DNA of 64,000 bases from Podarcis erhardii (lineage: Eukaryota): the NCBI GenBank assembly GCA_964252035.1, contig OZ176213.1. The stretch is one strand, 5' to 3'. This document shows, piece after piece, positions 1-11,590 of the stretch. The notes below the pieces were generated by a model. That model had not been told where the DNA came from and did not search any database. It saw only the letters and a list, made by a program, of their open reading frames with translations. How positions within the stretch are numbered: the stretch's first letter is position 1; the number at the start of each line of letters is the position of its first letter. The position numbers and the translations under genes are program-made.

Positions 1-1306
1 TTAGTCTATTGCAGCAAAAACAGCCAGAGACCTTAGAAAGGAGCACATTTATTATGCCCTAGGTTTTTGTGGGCTCAGGTCCATGAAACCTTTTGCCATA
101 ATAACTGTGTGAGAATTTAAGGTGTGGTGAGCCTCTAGTCCAAAACAGGAGGACTACCTTCAATGGCTAATTCACAGATGTGGACTTCCCATAAAAGTCT
201 TCTTAGGCACCCTCCCGCTTCTCCCAGCCCAAATTAGGGAGGGAGGAGGTGGGGAGACAAAAGAAATCTCCAACGGTCTTGGTGCAACCTCAAAGCTGCC
301 TTCACAACCACAGAGGGGATCCTCTGTTACTGGACAATCCACAGCTGTTATTTTGGGATGCCTGTAGCTTCCTTAATTTATGTCGAGTAGGAGGCACTAT
401 GTCTCTGAATCCCAGTTGCTGGGGTTTACAAAGAGGGAGAGTGCTGCTGTTGCACTCTCATCCTGTTTTGAGGGCTTCCCATAGGTATTTAGTCAGTCAC
501 AGTGTGAGAACAGGGTGTTGGACTAGATAGGCCTTTGGCCTGAACTAGCAGGACTCTTCTTATGCCAAATTATGACTTAATTACAGATGGGATAGCTCAG
601 CTGGTTGCTCTGGCACAGCTCTCATTCATGTCAAGGGATTTGTGCAGGTGTGCTATTTAGTACCAGACAGGGCACATAAAAGGGCATGTTGGGTTTTTTG
701 AAAACATCATTGTGACCCATAAATAGTACCGTTAAATAGAACAATGGGTAGAAACCTAGGAGTCATCGAATAAGAGGTTAGCACACTGAGGTACAGGGTC
801 CCTCACATGAAAAACACCAGGCCAGTGACTGAAAAAAAAGTTGAAAGAAAAACAATGCAGAACTAAGGTCAGGACCTGTTTGAAGGCCTCCCAGAGGCAT
901 CTAGTTGACCACTGTAAGAATAGGGTGCTGGATTACATGGACCTTCGGCCTGATCCAACAGCCAGGCTCATGTTGCTCAGATGTCAGGTAGTAGACCAGA
1001 GAAAAACATATGGGGTGTGGGTGGGTGACTATGAAGATGTCACCAGAATATAGTTCACCATTAGGCAGTTTATAAAGAGGAGATGGAGGTGTACCTCCTT
1101 CTTCTCCATACAAAGCCAGCAGGCTATTATTATAAAAAAATAGTGAATCCACCGTTTGCCTTTTCAGAGTCTAACCTCTGTTCAACAATTATAATGAACA
1201 AACATGTTCTGAAATTGCCTCTGTGGCATTCCCTCTGCAGGAACAGATACCTTCAGCACCGCTTACCTGGCTTGCAATGTGGAAATCACATCAGATAAAA
1301 ACAAGC

Positions 1307-1341
<35 letters not shown>

Positions 1342-1879
1342 AGAACTACATCTTGCAGGAATACTCTCCCTACAGAGTACCAAAGGAACCCCTCCCATCA
1401 AAGGCAGGCAGGCAGGCAGAGCCTCTGGGAGCCAGATGGCTGAAGAACTGCATTAAGCAAAGCCAGCACCTCCTTGCTGTCTCAGCAAAAGGAAGGTTAT
1501 TGGAGAGAAACTGAACAGCAAGAGCATGTGGGCAAGGACTGAGCTCCCTGCTAAAGCACAGAAGTGCCTAGTACACATAATTGTATACTTAGGAGCCATC
1601 AACCACTCAACTGCCCTCCCTAGCAAGTGGCACTAGATCCTCCTTGTTGCACCAATATTTCCCCCCACCCTTTTCTCATCCTCTATTACAGCCAAGCTGG
1701 GGCTGAAGTCCAGCCAACTCTTCTCCACCAACCAGGCAACAGGCTCCCAGGATTTATCATACCAGATTTTGGGATGTGGAAAGAAAAGCGAAAAGCCACA
1801 CAGCTGCAAGATCAGATATTTTAAAAACAACAAGGATAAAATGTCTCAACAAATAAAATATGCAGTGCAATTTTTTTAA

Positions 1880-1990
1880 ATAGAGGTTGGATGGCAATCT
1901 GTCATGAATGCTTTCACTAAGACTCCTGCATTGCAGGGGGTTGGACTAGATGACCCTTGGGACCCCTTCCAATTCTACGAATCTACAATC
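1880..1990 (+). mobile_element. CR1 LINE 3' terminus
   Basis: GGGGGTTGGACTAGATGACCCTT..CTTCCAATTCTACGAATCTA. Confidence 0.7.
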
Positions 1991-2774
1991 ATCCCCTATT
2001 TCCAGGCTCACTCTTCTTCAGGGGATCAACTACAACTGATCTCTTGGCACCCCTTCTTCTCAAAGTTTCCAGCTGGGGTACAGAAGACCTGCAACTAATT
2101 GTTGCAGTGTCCTCCTGTTCAGTGTCCCAGTCAGTCAATCATGCCCTTCTCCACAATACTCCATTCTGTTAACTCTCCACCCAGTTTTCAATCCCCCCTA
2201 CCCACACTTAACAGTAAGGGAAAGGACTGGGAATCTTGTTTCTGTTGTTACACAGAGACATGCTGCTGCAAGCCCATCATAAGTAAAACACCAGGCCGAA
2301 AATCCTCTAGCCCAGTTCCAAATGAATGAGGGCAGGGGACTGCCTCTCCCCATGCACCTTGAAGATTACCCCCACCCCAGCCCTCCTCTCCAGTTGCAGG
2401 CTCAGGTAGGTGGGGCTCATCTTGCTGCCCAGGGTGAGTTAGATTTCTTGCTCCTTGATTTTGCCATGAAATAAATAGCTTAAAAATGGACTGCAATAGT
2501 CTTGCCCACTACACCTGTGTAAACTAACATCTGTTGTGAACCAACAGGATTGCCAGATCTGAAAAGTAACCGGCTATGTTACAGTGTAGGTAAGCATGCA
2601 TGTAGTTTTTCCAATAAAGCCAACTCCTGTTTACAGAGACCCATGGAATATTGAGACAAGTGCAGAAACAAAAGGAAATTCTGCTAAATTAAACATTTCA
2701 GTTAAATGGGTCATATAGAATTGAAATTCACCAGGTCCAGGGCATAAGGAGTTAACATGAAAAACATCATATGG

Positions 2775-2917
2775 CAGCCTTCCCCAGCCTAGTGCCCTCC
2801 AAATATGTTAAACTACAATCCCCATCAGTCCCAGCCAGCACAGCACAGCTGTATTATGTTGGGCTGATGGGAGCTGTAGTCCAAAACATCTGGAGGGCAC
2901 CGGGTTGGGAAAGACTG
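2775..2917. mobile_element. Older hAT-type palindromic MITE (relatives near 14267-14770, 33489-33590, 41358-41455, 44487-44572)
   Basis: CTACAATCCCCATCA/TGATGGGAGCTGTAG palindrome with a degenerate TSD (CATATG core). Confidence 0.7.
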
Positions 2918-4099
2918 GCATATGATACACCAGGTTAAAACTATCAACTTTGCCCTGGACACAATCCACTGGGCTCTCCTGCTGTAGCTAAGCTCCCATT
3001 CATATAATCAAGGCAAGAGAAAAGAATCCCCAACAGAGGATTTGTTTGATTTTTAATGGACTCGGCTTGCATAATTTCAATCCTTGTAAAAAGAAAAAAA
3101 AATCACCAGCAGCAACCCAATAAACCATACAGACTATTCCAAATACATCACCCTCAACAAAAATTTTATTGGAAGTTAATTTGTCTTGCTTTGGACACAT
3201 TTGTAACCTATTTCCAAGCAAGCGTCTTTAATAAAACAAATCCAAATGCTTGGCTAGAACTTCATGAATAGTAAATATTCAAATGTCTAGCAAAAACCTA
3301 ATGAATAGTAAATGAACAAAAGGTAGTTAGGTATAAAGCCACTTTTATACATGTCTGGAATGCCACACTATAAATAAATTCACTATATTCCAATGAATCA
3401 GCTAGATTAACAATACTTGCTTTCATTGTAACTGAGACATTTTTAAATAGATGATTATCTTTTCCATGACAAAATGTACCTATCTAGAAGTAATCTGATA
3501 TTATTTTAAGAAATTGCAGAATACTGTGAAATTCTCATGATAAAATTATGTGGTCCCATGGCTAAAATTCTAGTTTTAAGCTATCATTGTTGTGGAAGAC
3601 AGTAGCCAAACCTTCTACAAGAAATCCTTTAAGCAGCAGGCTCTGCTAGGGGACATAAAGTCTGAAGAATTCCCCCACTTATTTCTCTTCAGCAATAACT
3701 GGGATACAGTGTAAATTAAAGTTTTGCAGCATTGCCTTCTCTTAAGGTGGGACTGTTGGCAATCAATTGCTTTTTCGAAAGGAAAGGAGCTCCACGGTTC
3801 TTGCTGGTAACTCAAATACAATAAAGTAAAAACCCAGAGCCAGTATTTTTGCCGCCAAAGAGAAAAGGAACCTTCCTGTCTCCCTAGGAAAGATGGCCTT
3901 GACTCTGCCTTCCCACATCTTCCACAATTCAAAGAAAATCCACTGACAACGGACGGTAGGAACGACTGTAGAATCTATAGCGCAGGAGCCCCAGACAGGC
4001 CCCCTCCCCAAATAGGATGGAAGGCCCTCGCTGCGTTTCGCCACAGCCCCCCCTTCCTCCCGACCCAAATATTGTCTCTGTCGGGAAGCACTTTAAAAT

Positions 4100-5200
4100 G
4101 ACTGGCTGATTCCAAAAAGCCCCCCCCCTTCCCGCCAACAGCAAGCAGATGGGAAATTCCTGGGCCCCCGAAAGCAAGATCGTCCTTCAAACTACACCCC
4201 GCCCCGCAATCACCTTGGGTGCAACTTCCGTAATGCTTGTGCAAACCTCCTTTTCCTGGCCGTTTTGCCCGTCTAAACGGCGCGCCTCTCCCCCTCCCGC
4301 GTCAGTGACACCAGTGACAAAATGGCAGCCCCTGGAAGCTGGCAGTCATGTTCGGCTCGCTCGCACGCACGCACGGCGGAGGGAGGCAGGCGGGCGGGCG
4401 GGCGGGCGGACGCCCCCTTTGGCTCCGAGGCGGCTAAGCGCCACCGTCCATCCCCCCACCCCGTCCGTTCCCGTGATCTGAGCCCAAGCGTGCGCATGGG
4501 GGGGGGAAGGAGGGCGCGGGGTGGGTGGAGGCGCTTCCTTGCTTCTCTCTCTCGCTCGCTCGCTCTGCTGCTCCCGCCGCCCGGGAAGGAAAAGGTAACC
4601 TTCTGCCCATGAATTATGCACCGCGCGCAGAGATTCCTGCGGGCGGGCGCCGCGATCCACAGACACTCCCCCGCCCAGCTTAAGACCGAGCATGTCCCCC
4701 AACCCCATATTTTTTTGTTTTGTTTTCTAGGCGTCCGTGCAGATTGCGTTCTCCTCCTGCTCCTCCTCGCGTGGATCCAGAGGGCTCCTCCGCTTCCCAG
4801 CCCAGCCTCTTCTCTCCTTTGCAGTTCGACGGGGGGAAAGATGGCGCCGTGTCCTACTTCGGAGTGAGTGTGTGTGGCCAGCGCCAGCGAGGAGACCCAA
4901 GTTAGGCAGAGGCTTTCCGCGGGGCGGAGGCAGAGAGAGAGAGAGACCGAGGAGTGCGCTCTTCCGACGGAGCTCCCGACCCACAAGCAAGGCGGATCCG
5001 GCGTCCCCACGAGCGCACACACAAAACACGCCCGCGGCCAGAGACGCGTCTGCCCGCACAAGCCTTAGTCAACACCCGCGACGGAGAGAGAGGGAGAAGC
5101 AGAACTGCGCCGGTGTGTGTGCCATAAAAAGCGCCCCCCCCCCCTTTCCAGACTTCTTTCTTTTAAAGTTTAAAGAGCACGTTACATAAATCTGCAGGTC
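4100..5200. promoter_or_regulatory. Second CpG island inside ANP32A intron 1 (candidate internal or antisense promoter)
   Basis: High CpG density. YY1-like motifs AAAATGGCAGC (about 4319) and AAGATGGCGCC (about 4838). Plus-strand splice-like signals at 4594/4595, 4824/4825 and 4863/4864. Confidence 0.55.
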
Positions 5201-5899
5201 AGGTTCTTGCGCTTGTCTAGGGGCCCGAAATCGCAGAGAGCTGCAGCTGCTGCTGCTTCCGAGGCAAGGGGTAGTAAGGGAGATGGGGGCGAAAGGAGGC
5301 AGGTGACAGATCCATTTCCCCCACTACCGCCACCAGCACGCTGGAACCAAACTGCGTTATGATTTTAAAACCTTACGTAAATGCCCCCACCCCCGCGTTA
5401 GCGGAGGAAAACATCTTTAAAGAGGGTGGGGTTGGGGAGGGGGGGGGGGACTTGCTTCCCCAGACACAGGCGAGTTCTTGCAAAAGAATGGGAGGGGGAG
5501 ATGAGAGCTCGCACTCCGGTTCCGAAGCCATCGTCTTTACGCAGAGTAGAAGCCACCCAAATCTCTCCCCACGAAGACCAGCCTTCGAAACGGGCAACCT
5601 TAATTTCTCCTTGGGCGGCGGGGCGGGAAGGATGCAGCGCCTCAAGTTCTCTCCCCCCCCCCCCCCAGCCCCAACCTTACACAGGCTGAAGTGTTTTCTT
5701 CTGTTGCAAATAGGCACCAGGGGGAAAAACGGAGCCCTAGAAATCGCCCGGACGAGGCTGGGAGACTTTACAAAATGCAGCTCCAACCTCTTCCTCGCTC
5801 GGACAAAGTTTCAGCTTTATTTAGAGGCAGAAGCAGAACAACATCCCAAGTCCAGCCCCGAGGAAAAGGGGGGTAACTCAACCAGTCAGCAACCCCCGC

Positions 5900-7400
5900 T
5901 TCCTTTCGCCCGCCTTTTTGTGTATCTTGTGTTTGCGTGAGGATGGTGGCTCCATCAGGGGCTGCTTCGGCCGCCAGCTTCCTTGCCCTCTTCGCTATAT
6001 CGGAGGGTTTAAGCCCCCCACCCATCTTCCAACCCTTGTATTGAATGCAAAGTCCCCCTACCCTCCCAAAAACTATGCCTGAGCTTCGCAACATCTGGGG
6101 AGGGGAGGATGAGAGGGAGAGAGAAAGGGCGCGTTCATGAGGACTACAAAGTTGCAAATATGGCTCCCCAGTCACCCTCGTCTGATCCGCTGCGAAGAGG
6201 CAATGAAAACTGGTGATCGCCCCCCAAGTCGCTCACAGACCCCCCCCCCCAACCTGCCCGGCTCCAGAACCTGATCCTAGCAAACTCCTCCAGTCCCCGC
6301 CGGAGCGCAGCGCCAACTCGACAAACCATTATTATGCCGAGGCTTTTGCGACGCGCTTTCCCGGGGCGCTATTTTCCCTGCCACCCGGGCAACCAAACAC
6401 GAAGGAGACTTGCCTTGGAAACCGGGTGGTAATTTTTCTTACCCCCCCCCCCCGCCCCATCTTTGGTCAGACTCGAACGCGTGAGCTTTTGGGCACCCCC
6501 CCCCATGTGGGTACACACAGCCACGCGCGCGCGCACATACACACCGTGGGCACCTCAAGGGCAGCAAAAGCACCCACGACGGCAGCTGGCACAGACGGCG
6601 CCCACCTCTCCCCACGGCGAGCGTGCCCCCTTACTCCTGATGTATTGGCTCTCTTTTTTGCAAGCTGCCCCCCGTACCAACACCTTCTCACAAAGCCCCC
6701 CGCCCCACATTACAAAAATAAAATAAAAATCTCCTTGCACAGGCTTACGTCGGAGGGCGTCCTGTTCCGCAGCTCTAAGTGGATCCTTTTCTTCATGTCC
6801 ATGTCCCTGATTCAGCAGGAGGCTCGCTCCGTCTCGCTGCGCTGCGCTCGGCTCCCTCTTTTGTATTGACACCAATGGAGCAAGCCAGGGACCCCCCCTC
6901 CCGCCCCCCCGACCAAAGCCAGCGCGCGAGGCAAGAGGGACTTTGAGCGCTCAACCAGCTCCGCTCGGAATCCCCCAACGCGGCCAACAAGCGCGCACAC
7001 TAACCTGATAACTGCGGGGGCGGGCGCTTGCCGAAAAAAAAGCTCCTCCGTTACGGACGTGCGCGAGAGCCAACCGGAGTTCGGGGAGCGCACACGCGAT
7101 CCAATGGGGAGCGACCAAGGGCGGCGGGGGCCAATGGGAGAGTGCGGCACGGTCGGCCAAGGAGGACAGCCCGGTTGGGAACCAGCGAGCTGAGGCGCAG
7201 TCGGGACTAGCCGCGGAAGGCGACGGGTGGAAGAGCTGCCGGAGGCTGGATTCGACGAGCGAGCAAGCGAGGAGGGGGCCTTTCCCGCGCCGGGGTGTGC
7301 GTGTGCGCGCATTTGCGAGGACGGTCGGGGAGGAGGACCAGCAATGGGGAGGGGCTGTTAAGCAGAAATGTGTGCGGTGGGGTCTGTATCAAAAAGTGGG
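5900..7400 (-). promoter_or_regulatory. CpG-island promoter of ANP32A with CCAAT boxes
   Basis: GC- and CpG-rich segment around exon 1. CCAATGG motifs at 6872, 7101 and 7131, plus GC-box-like runs. Confidence 0.75.
6749..6802 (-). CDS. ANP32A: ANP32A coding exon 1 (acidic leucine-rich nuclear phosphoprotein 32 family member A); the rest of the gene lies beyond the left edge
   Basis: The reverse strand reads ATG GAC ATG AAG AAA AGG ATC CAC TTA GAG CTG CGG AAC AGG ACG CCC TCC GAC | GTAAGC, giving MDMKKRIHLELRNRTPSD plus a canonical phase-0 donor. This is the ANP32 N-terminus. The A paralogue is assigned from synteny with SPESP1 and NOX5. Exon 2 (VKELVLDN...) was not found in 1-6748. Confidence 0.93.
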
Positions 7401-10400
7401 TTACTGGTGGGTGGGTAGGAGCACTGCTGACCCTGAGATGAAAGGGGTGGGGATAGAAGGGAGGGACGGAGGGAGGGAAGAGGCTGGGGATGCGATGGGA
7501 GCGCTTAAAGGTTGTGGGGCTGTAGAAATGGGAAGGGCGAAGTTGTGGGTCTGCGTTAAGGGTTAGGAAATGAACGGATTCAGGGAGGGAGCGAGGTTAG
7601 TTTGGATTTGGAAGGAGGGCTGCCTGGGAGTCATTATGGGATGGGAAGAGGATATAAGTGATCTGGGAATTATTTAAAGCTTAGGAAGCATAGGTCGTAA
7701 TTTCTAATGCATGAAGCCTGTACTTTAGAGCAGCGGATGCTCTGAAATTGAAAAGACGAGGCTAGATCCAGAATGGGGCTGGGAGTTGACAGGTGGGTTA
7801 GAATTTTTGGCAGGGGAAATAGTTCAGGGAGGTGTGTTGTGAAATGGGTTGCTCTGTTGAAAAGAGTTGAAGGAAATTAGATAGAAGACTGAGAGTTTCT
7901 TGAGGGGGGGATCATTGTGATGGGGAATGGCTGGACAAATCCTAGCTCCATATTGCCCTAGCATCTAGAAATGTGGCACTGTCTCCTAGAAATATAAACA
8001 CTTCTTTTCCAGTTGTAGGGTGGGTGTGGCTCCTGAAATGAGAGGGCTGGCTTTGAATACAGGAGTCAAGTGGGAAATGAGTAGAAAGAAATCTTGCAAG
8101 AAAGTGACAGTGTTCCCCAAGATAACAATAATTGCTGTCAAATGTTGATAGTTTTCATGGAATAAAAACTATCTCAGAAATAAGAGGTGGGGGACACTTG
8201 TTCTTTCTGTCTGATGAGGATAGGAAAAGAAGCAATAGTAGTCAACTACAAAAAAGGTAGAGCATATGTTTAAAGATTAGGCGGTCCCCTTATATGAATA
8301 GTTCAGCAATGGTGTAAGCAAGGGAATGTGAGGAAAAGGCGGTGTTTTAAAGTTGCTGGTGGTATTATACAGTCAGCAGCACTGTTGGGTAAGCAGGAAC
8401 TGTGCCTTGAAATGATGCAAGTAGGTCTAGGCAGAATTCCTATTGGGCAATGAGCAACAGTATTGGAAGGTGTTTGTTAAAGTTAGGGCTGAATGTAGGG
8501 CTGGTACTTCGAAATAAAATAATGCATGCCAGGACTGAGTTGTTTACATTGAGGGAGAATTTGGGGGCTGTCAAATGGGAACTGCTGCAAGAGAGCTGTA
8601 TCTCAACTATGGTGTCTGATACAATAATTTTTGCAAGTTCCTTTCCCCTGCATTTCCAGCTAGGGACAAAAAGAAGGCAGAATCCATCAGAAGAAATTTT
8701 GAAGCAACAGAAGGGGTGTACTCCAATGTGACTGCATTTCCTCCCCTAATATCCAGGCTTGTTTGAAAAGAGGTGTGGTTGGTTTGGGAGGGTTGTCTTT
8801 TGTTGGCACCCTTGCTGTTGGCCTATCTTGTTACACTTCTGCTTTCCAAGCAGTGTCACACGTCTCTTCCCTTTCATTGCACCTCTTGTACTACTCCCCA
8901 GAGTGAAGAGGAGATCTTTTGGTAATCACTGGGGTATTTATAAAAGGAATGCTTGGTACTTGCAAGCTCACTTTCTTTGGAGGACTTCCAGGACTTCAAG
9001 CTGCAGGATCAGAAATAAAGTTCATGTGGGAATGCTATTTAAACAGGGTCATACTGTTATGTTAATTGCTCTTGTCACACTGACGAACCTTCAGGTATGG
9101 ACTTGTGTCTCTTCTCCTTCCTCCCAAGGCTTGAAATCTTGCTCTTGGTCCTCCCAAGCAGCGAGGAGCCTAATCAAGCATGATAAACTAGGATGCTAAG
9201 TTGGATTTCTTCTTGAAATCTTCTTGAGTTTCATATGTTTAAAATACTATAATGGATTTTAGTGGAGGGCTGACTTTCTATATTTTCACATGTGATAATT
9301 CAGGGAAGATTGGCAGGATGCAATTCACCCTTCAGTGAAACCTCTAAAGAACCAAATAAGTTGCATCAGTGTTCTTAAGTTGGTCTCTGTGTTACCCTTT
9401 TAATTGTCAATATCAGCATATTCCAGTGGTAGAACTGTTTTAAAGTTCAATGGTTCAGTCATCATAAAGTGACTTTGGTATTCCAGCATTCTCCTTTTCA
9501 GGCAGTGCATCAGGAGAGGTCTGCTGAGCTGTTTGGCTATTTTAACTGGAACTGGCATAGTCAACAAGTCAAGGGATGGATTTTCTGTAAGACTTCCTAA
9601 AGATCAGTTGGCTATGGACCATATCTTTTATCTAGTCTTGTAGAGAGGTTAGGGGAAGGTCAGCTCGGAGGAAAAGAACATAAGCCACAAGGACATGTGG
9701 AGTTTGTTGGCATTTTTTAAAGCCCCATGAGTGAGCTTCAAGAACCATGAAATACACAGCACTTGAGCTCAAACATTTACTTTGCATTACATAGCGACAG
9801 TAAGAGAGGTGACAGCCATGATTCTGGGGCCAAATGATTAGATGACAAGCAACTGCTAATATTTCTGCCTAGCCTCAGTGCTTGGGAACCCAAGCTGTAG
9901 TGCACGAACACTCGCATTACTGCTGCTCTTTCTCAGTTTTCAGTATGCAACGTGCTTTATAGTCTTCAGCTGTTAGGACTAAAGATTCAAGTACCCACAA
10001 AATTTAAGTCTTAAAGGAGGATGGTATCTGGCATTGAATCTCTGAAAAATGTTAGCATAAATTAAGCACTTGCAGAGCTGTAGGCATTCTTGTCTTCCTC
10101 CCCGCCCCCGCTTTTCTGTTTTTGCAGGTATGGGGAAAACAGTGATCAGAAGATCACTGTTTTGCAAGCCTTGTACAATTTCATAAGGTTCTGCTGTTTT
10201 GCCTCTAAAACCAGCACTGCGAAATAACAGCTTTTTGTAAAAGTGTGATCACACCAAAGTTCAGTGAGAAATACAAATGGAAATGGTTGCTCTCTCCCTT
10301 GCTGCAGGAACCCATTATTCCAAAGGGAATTAAAAGCACATACTTCTTACTTTTTTTGGCACTCCTTCCCCCACTGGAACATAAGTGACTTCAAATGAAA

Positions 10401-11033
10401 GTGTATGTACTTTTTCACAACCGTTAATGCATTTCAGGCTGCTGCAAGAGGATAAAGGGAAGAGCTTGTTTTCTAAACTAAGCTGGACTGAGGCAACAGA
10501 ATGGGTGACATAATGTGACATAGGGCAACTTTTCATGACAACTGTGCATTTTTTTCATAAAAAGCAAAAAAATGTACAGCATAGTGACCATTTTCAGATA
10601 TGGAGCATTTGATATTGCACATGTGTGCATGTGCACAGCCAATTGAAGTACTTCTATTAGAGCATGGTGTAATCTATTTTCCTTTTTGTATTAAAGGAGA
10701 ATTTTAAAATTGTGTTTTTAAATTAAGGGTTCTAAACAAAATATCTTAAGATTCTAATGCGATATAATTGGACTGAAAGACAAGAAATATATCAGTTTCC
10801 TGATTCCATCTGAAAGTTTAATATAATGCTCTTTTCAGATTCAGGGCAAATGACATGTTTTCTAACTTTTAGCAAGCAGCTTGTGGGTATAAACCTCTAT
10901 CCTCTAGCTTCCATTTCAGTGGGGCGTGTGGAGGTCTTCTGGTTTGCTTTTGGTGAATGTACTCCTATCTGCTGTTGTATTAGGGCAGCCTTTACTATGC
11001 TGGTTGTTGGCTGATGGAAGCTATAGTCTAAAA

Positions 11034-11175
11034 CAGTGTTTCCCATACTTGGGCCTCCAGCTGTTTGTTTTTTTGGACTACAATTCCCATCATCCCTCGT
11101 TAGCAGGACCAGTGGTCAGGGATGATGGGAATTGTAGTTCAAAAACAGCTAGAAACCGAAGTGTGGGAAACACTG
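11034..11175. mobile_element. hAT-type palindromic MITE
   Basis: TIR CAGTGTTTCCCA/TGGGAAACACTG with a perfect 8-bp TSD GTCTAAAA. Confidence 0.9.
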
Positions 11176-11203
11176 GTCTAAAACATGGAGGGCACCAGGT
11201 TAT

Positions 11204-11544
11204 TGTTCAGGCATTATCTGAGGCCCTTCTTTGTGTGCCTCAGTGGGAGGTCTGGAGGGTGGCAACACAAGAATGGGCATTTTCAGTGGTGGCTTTCATG
11301 GAATGCTTGTCCCAGAGAGGCTTGCCTGGCACCATCATTACATATATTTAGTCACCAGGCAAAAGCACTGCTTATTAATCAGGCCTTTAGCTTTTAACAT
11401 GGCCTTTCTGCATGGGTGGTATGTTTTAATATGGGTTGTTTTATTTTTGTTTTTGCTGGTTTTAATGTATTTATGTATTTATTTTTTACTTAAAATATTG
11501 TATGTCGCTTTGAGTTGCTGTGATAAAAAAAGCAACTAAGTGTC

Positions 11545-11587
<43 letters not shown>

Positions 11588-11590
11588 GAC
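11204..11590 (+). mobile_element. Degenerate L2-like 3' end with (AAT)n tail
   Basis: TGGGCATTTTCAGTGGTGGC motif and tail structure like the other L2 copies. Confidence 0.55.

Noticed and set aside
4273-5189. Long overlapping ORFs on both strands (262 aa, 150 aa, 120 aa)
   Set aside because: These are stop-poor frames expected in a CpG island. They are Arg/Pro/Gly/Ala-rich and show no recognisable domain.
1-6748. ANP32A exon 2 onward, and the avian-type 33-aa insertion relevant to influenza polymerase
   Set aside because: No VKELVLDN-like exon was found on the minus strand. The rest of the gene is outside the window, so nothing can be said.
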